DNA of 64,000 nucleotides. It comes from Trichoplax adhaerens. Taxonomy: Eukaryota > Animalia > Placozoa. Under the pieces are notes generated by a model. The model did not search any database, had not been told where the DNA came from, and saw only the letters and a program-made list of their open reading frames with translations. This document shows positions 1 through 14,102 of the stretch, piece after piece. The stretch is from contig NW_002060953.1 of the NCBI RefSeq assembly GCF_000150275.1, positions 1,213,693 to 1,277,692 on the forward strand. The letters run 5' to 3'. The position numbers and the translations under genes were made by a program. Position 1 is the first letter of the stretch. Each line of letters starts with the position of its first letter.

Positions 1-325
1 CAGCTGCTGTACATCATAGCATCCAGACATATCTTCGGTTGTTGTATACTTATATGCAAGCTGCTACTTTTTTATACGCCAAAGTACTTTTCATGATGTA
101 TAATAAAATACTACTGTGCTAAATAAAGAACACTGATAAACGAACCGATCAAGGTAATTTTTATTGTTTTATTGCAGATTCTAAGTAAAGTACTTAAAAT
201 TAAATCAATGAAGTTATGTCTATTTGCATCTATGTCTAGAATCATCAGGTAGCTTATGAAAATATTCATAGCAGCCTAATGGTCGACGATTGATTCATTA
301 AGCGATTACCGTCATCTAGGCTTAA

Positions 326-330
<5 letters not shown>

Positions 331-356
<26 letters not shown>
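331..356. repeat. (AT)n microsatellite
   Basis: About 13 perfect AT units. Confidence 0.95.
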
Positions 357-362
<6 letters not shown>

Positions 363-1429
363 ATTATGCATGTGCTTATTTATATTATTACGCAGTAGAT
401 TAATGGCACTTAGAATAAGCTGTTGCAAGCCATTTTACCTCGATATTGGGTATCATCTCACGACTTGCGTAACTTTAAAATTGAGCTACTGAACGCATTA
501 GAAGTGAATCATAATGGCATTATACTGTACGGTACGAATTTTAATGTTTGGAAAGTGAGACTGCATGCGAAGTTGATTGATAGTTATCTAATTTACGCGT
601 ATACGAGTAGAGCGATTTTTAAACGGCTTTTGCAGTTGAGCATGACAGTCTGAGGGAAAATGAGGATTTGGTATTCAGTCTAAATGAGTCTATAACTACA
701 TCATTTACCTGATCAGTTTATAGGAGAAATTTCCATCATAGATATTGATGAATGGTACTGACCGGCCATGCAACGCACGACAGAAATAAACGATTGAGCT
801 GGATGTCTGTTGGATTTATAGGTCTTGACGTTCTAGTCTGTTGTGGGTTTCGTAATCCTAGATGATATTTCATTTGTTAAGATGTGGTAAATGAAAATTC
901 ATTTTTGGGCGAGTTAAATGAATGGATAACTCGGTTGTTAGGGTAAAAGACTCGCACGTATAATGTACTCTTTGCAGGCCATTCAGATTCCTTAAGCGTG
1001 AAATGCTACAGGTGATGTACTGCTGATGGGATTTATGGCATAAATCATTTATGGACTCCAATGCATCAACAGTACACTATACTGTAGTATGTGCTCATTG
1101 TACTGTATGATCCTTACACAGCTATACCATTTCGCTGCGGCTGTATTTCAAATTATGTAATCTATGATCATACAGTACTGTATTTGTAAACTACCCAACT
1201 TTGAGTGACCCGAATTTTAAGATTTGCTTGTCAACTTTTGCCAAGATTTCCGAAAGCGTCGAATCGATCGATATACAGTACAGTACAGTTATGACAGGGG
1301 ATGATTACAAGACAGTGTCCAATGTCCGCTCTAGTAGTCTGTAGTGCTAGAGACGATAGAGTAGAGTACAGTACAATGTACAGTAGGCACCGTAAATTGT
1401 ACTGTGTCATGGATAAAAGTCTGGAGGTG

Positions 1430-2670
1430 ATGTCATCATCGTTCGTACAATCTTACAGTAAGATAAAGCTACAGCGTACTGTACACACTGTACTGTACAG
1501 TACTGTACTGTACAGTATCGCAAGTACTACAGTACAGTACAGTAAGTCAGCATCTGACGTTGTGTATCGCTTGATTTACAGTACTGTACAGTGTATACGG
1601 TAGTACAGTATGGTGTGAACTAGTTGTCATCATCATTCTTACAATCGTACAGTAAGATAAAGCTGCAGCTTACAGCACTAAGTCAGCATCTGACATATCG
1701 GTGGAATACAGTACTGTACTGTATACTGTAGTATGATCTGAATCCATTATGATCGTTCGTACAATGATACTGTAAGGTAAAGCAGCAGCTTACAGCACCA
1801 AGTCAGCATCTGACATATCGGTGGAATAGTATAGTATGATCTGAATCAGCTATGATCGTTCGTACAATGTTACTGTAAAGTAAGGCTGCAGCTGCAGCTT
1901 ACAGCTCTAAGTCAGCATCTGACATATCGGTGGAATAGTATAGTATGATCTGAATCAGCTATGATCGTTCGTACAATGTTACTGTAAAGTAAGGCTGCAG
2001 CTGCAGCTTACAGCTCTACGTCAGCATCTGACATATCGGTGGAATAGTATAGTATGATCTGAATCAGCTATGATCGTTCGTACAATGTTACTGTAAGTTA
2101 AAGCAGCAGCTGCAGCTGCAGCTTACAGCACTAAGTCAGTATCTGACATATCGGTGGACTAATATAGTATGATCTGAATCAGCTATGATCGTTCGTACAA
2201 TCTTGCTGTAAGGTAAAGCTGCAGCTTACAGCACTAAGTCAGCATCTAGCATATCGGTGGATTAATATACAGTAGTATGATCTGAATCAGCTATGATCGT
2301 TCGTACAATGTTACTGTAAGGTAAAAAGCTGCAGCTTACAGCACTAAGTCAGCATCTGACATGTCGGTGGAATAGTATAGTACTAGTGCAAACTCCCGTC
2401 GCTTTGCTGACGGTTTACGATAATGTGCTCATTTAACGGATAGTATTACCATTTGATAGACCTGTCAGAGTTTGAATAGCTTTATACCGTGAATTCGCTG
2501 CAGCTTATAGCACTACACTACGTCGGCATTGGACATATCGGTGGATGAACTTTAAATATACTGTACACTGTAGTATGATCTGAATCAGTGATCATCCTGC
2601 GTACAATCTTACTACTGTACGTCAGCATGTGACATATCGGTGGATTAGTGGAGTATGATCTGGATCATCA
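1430..2670. repeat. Tandem array, ~109-120 bp unit, ~9-10 copies with degenerate edge copies
   Basis: Unit AGTCAGCATCTGACATATCGGTGGAATAGTATAGTATGATCTGAATCAGCTATGATCGTTCGTACAATGTTACTGTAA...GCTGCAGCTTACAGCACTA starts near 1681, 1801, 1910, 2019, 2134, 2237 and 2347. Diverged copies lie near 1545, 2521 and 2620. Copies vary in GCTGCA number. Confidence 0.95.
2383..2413 (-). mobile_element. Helitron-like 3' terminus (GC-rich hairpin + CTAG|T)
   Basis: Minus strand reads CCGTCAGC-AAA-GCGACGG (hairpin), 9 nt, CTAG, then T. It interrupts the tandem unit exactly at an A|T dinucleotide. Confidence 0.5.
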
Positions 2671-3029
2671 CTAGAAAAAATGACTCATCCACTGACTCAT
2701 CCATGGAACACCACCCCTTTTTGTGTTATGGGGTGTAGTTGGATGCGTCATCAATCTACAGTATTTTATTTGCTTATCCGTGACTGGCGTTAGCTGACTC
2801 ATCGCACACAGTACGTACGCATTCAGTAGTGGTAGACGACGGTAGTGGATGGCTACGACCTTACCGTAAAGCGACTTTATACCAGAGTTGCTTGTATTGC
2901 ATGCAACACTGGTTCTTACAGTGCTGTCCAATATTTGAATATTGAATGACAGTTCTAGAACCATGTCAACTGATCACAGTGAAATTTGGCGCAATTTGGA
3001 TTTTATCTTCAACGGCTGGTAGGCAAAGG

Positions 3030-3360
3030 TACAGTACAGTACAGTATACCCTCTACAGTACATGCAGTACAGTACACTGTACAATGGACTGTAAAGTGTG
3101 GAACACAAGCAAGGTACCGCGTTGACTTTGGTGCACTACAGTACAGTACTGTACATACAGTACTGTAGATACTGTCCACTGTACTGTACAGTCTACAGTA
3201 CTGTAAAGTCCTGCACACTAGCACAGTATTGTACCACATTGACTTGGTAAGCTACAGTACGTCACCCTATTGTACTGTACTGTACAATGTACAGTACTGT
3301 AAAGTCCTGGACACAAGCACGGTATTGTACCGAGCTGACTTTGTCCAGTACGGTACGGTA
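3030..3360. repeat. CWGTA-rich low-complexity tract containing 3 degenerate ~100 bp direct repeats
   Basis: CTGTAAAGT(CC/GT)..ACAC(A/T)AGCA...GTACC..TGACTT recurs near 3088, 3200 and 3297, embedded in TACAGTA/TACTGTA runs. Confidence 0.75.
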
Positions 3361-3599
3361 CCAGGGAATACTGACTGAAAATTCTACCCCTCTCACCCGG
3401 TAGTCGGGTACCCAAAGTCAACTACAATGATAATAATGCATGAGTTGAATGAGGGCGACCGAGCCACACTGGATTGCAGTGTGGAGCGCGTCTATTCAAC
3501 AGTATTGCAAGTGCAAGCACCATTCACTACCGATCATCACATCTAAAAACGTCTGCTTTCAAAAATTCCATTTGTTGTGGTGAGACAACAAAAGCGAAA

Positions 3600-5090
3600 A
3601 AAAAAATCATTCTAGCATTACGATTGATTCCCCCCCCATTCAATGGTTGGACGCCGGATCGACTGATTTCTGGTCACACTTTGATCACTATCTTGCCTAC
3701 GTGGATTGATGATCGAAAAGGCTTTACAGTGATTGCATTTCTACTGGTGGTCGGAGACGTGCACGTATTGGTATCATTTGAATTTCTATTTTTTGGGGCT
3801 TGGTTACCATTTGGCGCGTTGCTCATGTGCTTCCGTTGATTTTCGAAATCTGCGCGGGTTTATTATTTTTCTCCATTTTACCAGCACTATTTTGGTTCTA
3901 TCCCTTCTCATATTGCAATGAATCAATGACTATGCTATCCATTTTCAATCATCAAGTAATATTATTGGTTGTTGGTTAGCTAAAATTACAGAATCTGCTA
4001 GCAATCATTGACCAGTTGAAGGTAAATGAAAGTGGAATGTCCAAATGATGCAATGCTGTAGGCGATGTTATCCATGAAATTGTTGCTACTTTTTCATTTC
4101 CGTCTCCTTCATCACACTCTTCACTACCTTGATATTATTTTGACACCAGTTAGTAAATTCATTCCGATACATGCATGAGTAATGAATAGTTGAATGGGTC
4201 TCTTTTCCTTGACTTGAATACATTCCATTTCTAATTTCCATCATGATTCAATCCATCGTCTCTGCATGCAGTTTCCCATTCAAGTCCAATCGACCTTTTG
4301 CTACCTTGCGCTGCCATATTAATCTCTGTACTATGTCGCAATGCGTCTCCACCCGTACTGTACTTAGACCGTTTACGCTGATAACAATGACAACATCGAC
4401 GCTACAGCGTGACGCTTGCTACTGGATGACAATCCAACATGGCGTCTCCCGCATGCGCTAGTGTCGACCCGAAATAGATGACACAGTATGGAGTCAGTCG
4501 ATGGGTCACTCCGTACAGGTCAAGCCAGTTCTCTACCATATTCTCGATCGTTTTGCTTTCTTGTCCATTTTCATCTCCCAGTGAATTTTTCTCAGTGAAA
4601 TCAATCTTGCCAATGGTTGGAAAAGATTCACAAATTGCAATTGCACTATCCATCAATCATCATAATTGATAGGCAAGAAAGAAAGAATGGCGATGGATTA
4701 GTTTACTTTTTCCACTCTACTCTATTCACACTGGTAGTCTTAGTTTCAGTATTCAAGGAAGCGCTTGAATTTGGATAATTAATGAGTGTCAATCAATACC
4801 AAGTTTTTCCTCTTCTCTCAACCATCTCCACCATTTCTTTTTTCTTCTTTTCGTAAGTGCCTGCTCATTTTAATAACTAATTTTGGCTATTGATTACAAG
4901 GGCTTTTTCACCCCTTGTTAAGGTAATACTGTATAAATAGTCATTTTCATCACTGATAGCGATAAAGATTTCACTGCTGATGGCATGATTCCATGACGCT
5001 AATCAATGTGGTGCCTCCATGAAAAAGGCCTTGTGATTTTCGTCGACATCTTGCTTTTTTTTCTTTTTCCTCTCCCTTCGTCAATGACCA
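3600..5090 (-). pseudogene. Decayed, apparently intronless coding-like sequence of unknown origin (possible transposon or viral cargo)
   Basis: Long stretches translate as protein-like sequence broken by scattered stops and frameshifts, e.g. ..LASWNHAISSEIFIAISDENDYLYSITLTRGEKALVINSQN*LLK*AGTYEKKKKEMVEMVERRGKTWY*.. and ..LMDSAIAICESFP...SVTL*RRCCHCYQRKRSK... No family recognised. Confidence 0.35.
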
Positions 5091-7655
5091 TTGTCATTAA
5101 TGAATTGTAATTTATATCTTGGTCGTGGCATAGTAGGGTGCACAGGAGTTCTTTTCTGACTTTTTTCGACTATTTTGAACATCACCAAGTAGTTTGGGCT
5201 ACATTTTGCACAAGGAAAAGCAATAGCATGGGTGAAAATTGGACATTTTCCAAAGACGTTGTGTGGCTAATGCAAGCTAGCACAATGGCTTTAACATTAC
5301 CTTATAGACTACCAATAACATTAGAATGAACTATTCACCTATATAATTTACCTTGTCTTCAATTGGAGTAGCTAATGTCCATAAAAAAAGAAAGAATACC
5401 CTTCAGCCGATGCAGTACCTATATATTGTTTCAACCCTACATTGACTGTTCTAAAAAAAAAGAAACTTGGTCGATATATGCTAGTACTTTGCCAAATTTC
5501 ATATACGTCGTTAGCAAAAGTAAAAAAAACTGTGCCCTATGCTTTACGTAATCCTGACAGTTACTTGTTAAGGCCTTTTCTCCGATTAATTAACCTATTA
5601 AGACGAATTCAGCTCTCTCTACAGTAAGTTAGTGCTAAATTAAACCGGCATCGTATTCGTTAAAAGGTATGAAATTCTTTTGTACCGCTAGTACACTCTT
5701 AAGTTAAAACCAAAAGTATCAATAATAATTTTTTAAAGCAATTATTGCCAAGTGATTTCGTTATTTTGAAATTGGATTTCTCAGATCGGATCGGCTACAG
5801 TCAAATAGTATACTTCCCTCAGCGTGTAAGCTACTGTATTATACTTTGTAAAAGTCATTTATTAACTGTTAAAGAAATATTACCAGCTCATTGTAGTGCT
5901 TAGCTTAACTTTTTATGGATTCCGTTGATTAGTTAGTTATCCAATAGTATTTTCATTTCCCTTCGATAGCAGGCATTCCATTAGGTACTACCGATTTAAA
6001 CTCCAACACCATATAGAAGAATCAAGCTTAGAAATTAATTACATACAGAATGATATTGGCTTTGTATTTGATGAACTAGCAAATTTTCGCTCTGTACAGT
6101 TTTTCTGGCTCTAATTGCAGTTTTCTACAATTTTTTTGTACTACTGTGTGTAATATTGGCGTGGATATTCTACGCTTACTTGTACGAATTGCAATTAATT
6201 ATATTATTCATAACTATGAAAGACTGTCGTTGTTGTTTCAGTATGAGGCTTGGTATTCAAGTACAGTAGTTATCATCTCCAGGTTCATTCCCTAAATAGG
6301 TAGTTTGATAGTCCGAGAGAAACATTTTGAGTCACGACGCACACACTGTACAGAAAATGATCATTATTTTAAGCTATCAGCATATTTGTGTCTGTTGATG
6401 AATGGATTGATGTAAAGCTAAATCTTCCATCGATTAAGTGTATTTTGATTTCGATGTAATGTTTAGGCTACAGTCATAATCTTACAAGATCAAGTCAAGC
6501 TTTTGTTTTCTCTAGAGATTTTTCTATAAATGTTTGATCGAATTATTGGAGATTACATTGCATCAATTTTCTCGTTAAAATTTTTCTTCGCATTCCAGCT
6601 GAATTTCCGAAATTTGATATCAACTTTGGATTTATAGATTTTGCAATACCAGCAATTGTTATCCTACGGTAATCACCAACTCGGTGATATCAAAGTGATT
6701 AGGCTCATTGATTTTTCAATGACTTTGGTGCCTTACTTTTATAATCAATCAATTACATGAGCAGATACTTTTCTAAATATTAAATATACAACAAGATCAA
6801 GCAGCCCTTCCAGACAGATTGGACTTTATTGATTTTAACGAGACAATGAGTTTTATGGAAGGGCTAAAATTGCATCTAAAAGCGGATAGAAAAAGATACT
6901 TTGGAGTGTTCTTCTTATCAAATCTATTTTATTGATTCACGATGAAAGTCGTGGAGCCGGCGTAATCTGTACATTTTCCCTTTTACCTTTTATGATCCCA
7001 AATATTCTAGTATGTAGTGTATAATTATTGCTCAACAGAATGTTAACGTGATTTGATTACCTGAACTTATTCGTATAATCAAGATATCATGAAAGTTTTA
7101 GGGATTGTCCAACTTTTAATGAAATGGTATTGTAGGCACCAGCACTTGCTTTTAATTTAGTTATTGCTCTATATATCGATTGTAATGATAGACTTCGATT
7201 TGACACCTTTTTTTTATTAATTATTAGCGGGCTACCATATCCTAAACAATCTGAATTACTAATTTTTATAACTGATAGAAGAGGGTGATAATGCAAACAA
7301 TAACGCGGTTGAAATTGTTTTGAAAAGGTATTTTTTGGGGGGGGGGCAAAAATGATCATTTTATGACTACCGCATGGATAATTTGTTGGTTAAAGGAATC
7401 ATTTCTGTCGGCTGGTTTCATAAATTATTTAATAATCTTAGCGGGGGCCGTATTTTTAATCACAGATATATTACCACATTAAATTGGATGAATATTTACG
7501 ATGAATAAAACTATTAGGATTAATAAGATCTTGTATGGTATAATCTCAAAATTTTGAATATCATTGAAAGAAATTACCCTCCATAGTTTTATGTAATATT
7601 CTCTTACATTGCTATTTGTATTCAATTGTTTTCTAGGGGATAAAAGAAAGTCTAG

Positions 7656-10663
<3,008 letters not shown>

Positions 10664-12823
10664 TTATGCACTTTTCCATTGATGGCTTATGTGGCTTTTA
10701 CTTTAGACACTAAATGTTGGATCCTACTTGGATATAAAATATCGCGAAAGTAGATATTATTTTGTATATTGGCCAATGGTCATGCAAGTTATCTATTCTA
10801 GAACCTATACATAGATCATCGATGAAGTCGTTTCAGTAGAGAATTTCTTAATTCATGCCAATATTTTCCGTCATGTGCGACTGTTATGGAAGAAAAAAAT
10901 ATATTAAATTGTTTTACTACTGTACGATTTTATCTTTTAAATTATTTGGGTGTATGTTATTCATTCAAAGATTGTGTAAATGGGACTTTTTTTTGTTTAT
11001 TAATTGCATATTTTAGCATGATGATAATTCCTGTATAGCGCAATGATATATGATATGCACTGCGCTATGATTGTGGTGGTCATGTTATACATTACAATAG
11101 ATGAACGATATTAAGTCGGTATTTTGGCAGTTGCATTTATTTCCTGTTATAATATGTATGTAGTAAATACTTCCCGATTATTTTGTTTTATTATTCTGAA
11201 AGATCAAATTCAAAGACTTTTTGCTTGTGAAACAAGGTTCTACTATTTGCTTAAAAATATATAACGTCTAAATTGTAATAAAGGATACTTTTATAACTTC
11301 GAAGTGGTTTTAGCCACCCTACTTTTAATTTATAGGATTGAGAGACATCAGTTTTATATTGCTTGGCCGAATGTTTTAAATTTGTATTTATTACCTTGTT
11401 ACTTTGTGTACTACATCGGATTGATGAAATATTGAGTGTATAACAAATATTTCACAGGTTTTTTTAAGAATATTATTCTGTGACTGTACGTAACAATGGA
11501 GGAGCACATAATTTTTGCATTTTTTGTACATACATCGTGACTGTTTTGATGAATTTTCAACGTATTTACTCTTGAGGTATTGATAAACTACGACACACAA
11601 TGCAGTACAATTTACGAGAATTGTGAAAGAATATTTTTTACTTTTTTGGATATACGCGTTATGTACCGTAGTTTCTATTGCTGCGATTATTAATAAAATG
11701 TTGAATATCATTTTTCACTCGAGTGCTTAAGAGAGTATTTTGTGGTGTTTGAGCGTTTTTGGTCGACTCATAGACAACTCTACTAATAATATTGGCTTGT
11801 TCCAATAATGATTTGTTCTCTTGGAAGTAGAATACGGTAAACATCGTCAAATTGTAGCAGAAATACAGTATTTGACGTACGTGTATAAAATCTTGGAATG
11901 CATCACAAAATAGCTACTGTACTGATCAAGGGAAGACTTTTTACTTGTTTTCAAGACTAGCGGGTGATGCTTAAATGCTTTCAAGAGTACCTGTTTCTTA
12001 TATATACATCAAGAACATCACATTAAGTAATATTTGAGTAGTAAATACTTGTATGATATACCCGTACGGACTGTATATCCATTCAGTAACTTATACGTGT
12101 GTGTTGTAAGGAACTAATTTTTTATATGAATTATCAGGTTAGGGTTTCTAATTAATAATAGTTCCAACTATAACAGATTTGTTACTGTCAATTCATAAAT
12201 TTATTAACATGATTCATATTGCAGGTAGATTTCCACTGTATTTGTAGGTAATTACGAATTCATAGAAGGTTTGGATAGTTGTAGCGAAATTGCTTGAAGT
12301 CTTTAACTACGAAGTGTATTGATTGTAAGTACTTGAAAGACTATCGATAATTTAATTTAAAATGAAGATGGACAAACATTTTTTCCATTACAGCGACATT
12401 TTATGTGTTCGGATATACGGTTTAACATTTTGCGGAGTAAATCATTTTTTTGTACTGTACAAGAATATATAAGTTGTAATCATGCCAATTAGGCATAAGT
12501 CAAGATAAATATAATACTGTTTAGTTAAGCGATATTATTAATTCTTTTACAGCAATAAATTAGTTCACTAGTGGATTAAGCCAATATCGAAATTAATTTT
12601 CTCTAGCTTTATAACCGTTGTAATACAATGCTGCTACCTTCTCAATCGCATATACAGTGCAGTTTCATAATTACACTAATAGATCCGTTTCTTTATATTG
12701 TATTGTAGAACTTCGCATAATCGATAATCATCTATTGATGTAGATAAATCTATTGTATAGTACTGTAATGATTTTGCGACTTGGACATGATAAGCACCAC
12801 TGAATTCCAACGTAAAATAAACT

Positions 12824-13471
12824 TTATTGCTGTTCCAACTTGTTTGTGCATTCCTCGACGTATAACTGCATCTTTAAGTAATCAGAGGTATAAGATTTCA
12901 AAGGTAGGATGCAGCCACCCTTAATCTGGACTTCACTTTCATCAGCAACAATCCAGGGAAAATCTTGGTCACTCGTTTGGCGAGGCTCTAATTTTCGAGC
13001 ATCGGATTCTTTGGTGTAAACAATAATTGCAAAGGAACAATCAGCGGGGTTAGTGCTTAAGACCGCATCACAGACGTTCAGTTTTAATAAGAAAGCTCTT
13101 AATCCACTTTCTAAACGTGTCAATAAAGCATCATCTTTCAAATTGGACGCCATTTGAGGTTGCAGTTCAAATACAAATCGTTCTATTGGTCGTTTGGACT
13201 TATCTAAAATGACTAAGGCAAGGCAGCGGATAGAATCCGATTTCAACAATGGCTTAATACTGTGCAAAACAGATAAAATGTATTCGTTGACCTGAGGATG
13301 GCAAGACATTTGAACTGGTACATTGTATTTTTTTCGTTTATCGAAAATGACAGCAGGATAGATATCACGCATATATAAAATTGTATGGATTGCAACTTCT
13401 AAAAATTCACACAAGATGTCGGAGATGATTTCGCTCGTATCCAGCTTTTGTTGACTGCTGTTCGTTGCCAT
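12824..13471 (-). CDS. MAD2L2: MAD2L2/REV7 HORMA-domain protein (Pol zeta subunit), intronless, 215 aa
   Basis: DILCEFLEVAIHTILYMRDIYPAVIFDKRKKYNVPVQMSCHPQVNEYI, PIERFVFE, LRAFLLKLNVCDAVL, QDFPWIVADE and LKMQLYVEE match REV7. First ATG is at 13471; the ORF track starts at an upstream GTG. Confidence 0.96.
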   Translation of the reverse strand: MATNSSQQKLDTSEIISDILCEFLEVAIHTILYMRDIYPAVIFDKRKKYNVPVQMSCHPQVNEYILSVLHSIKPLLKSDSIRCLALVILDKSKRPIERFVFELQPQMASNLKDDALLTRLESGLRAFLLKLNVCDAVLSTNPADCSFAIIVYTKESDARKLEPRQTSDQDFPWIVADESEVQIKGGCILPLKSYTSDYLKMQLYVEECTNKLEQQ

Positions 13472-13679
13472 TTCTGAACGCACTCAAGCTTTTTGGCATC
13501 AATCTTTGAATATGGAGTACTATAAGAACAAGATCACGTTCAGTGATGAATAATCCCAGTGCCACCGGTTATATAATTAAGCCATTTCGATAATAAGAGA
13601 ACACACACACAAGGCAACCCAGAATCACGTAAAAATGTTTTACTGCAGTGTGGAGAATTCCCTGCAGAATCTCTAGCTG

Positions 13680-14102
13680 TATCTACAGTACTGTACACTA
13701 CTGTACAATGTACTGTACATCAAGCGGTATTACAACGTGAATTGTAAAATAGATGGAGCGACCGAACATGCAACAGCGACTGATAGTTTGTATTCGAAAC
13801 TTGAAAGAAATACAATTATCCAATACTGCCATAAAAAGTAATCAAAATGTCACGAGCCAATTGCTCGAGGTTGTATTGATCTGTCTGCATGGAATTGGAG
13901 CCTAATTGAAAGTCCATTTCTTCACAATTTAAAGATAGAATTTAAGGCCACATTACAGCTGAACATCTTTCAACCATTTTCGAGGGCTCGCCACGCCCCT
14001 GTAATCGTGGTCTTTATACAGTACAGTACAATACAGTACAATATACTGTACAGTACAGTACAGTACAGTACACTATGTACTGTACGAGCAGAAAATACTG
14101 TA
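13680..14102. repeat. Two CWGTA-rich tracts (13684-13720, 14017-14102) flanking ~300 bp of unique sequence upstream of MAD2L2
   Basis: Runs such as TACAGTACAGTACAATACAGTACAATATACTGTACAGTACAGTACAGTACAGTAC. Confidence 0.75.

Noticed and set aside
1681-2382. CRISPR-like array
   Set aside because: Whole units repeat with no unique spacers, there are no cas genes, and the context is eukaryotic.
1301-3421. Short ORFs rich in YSTV/TVLY/VQYS
   Set aside because: These are translations of CWGTA low-complexity DNA, not genes.
11391-11850. Two overlapping minus-strand ORFs between DYRK1 and MAD2L2
   Set aside because: No recognisable domain or consistent exon structure; likely UTR or intergenic, although a decayed gene is not excluded.
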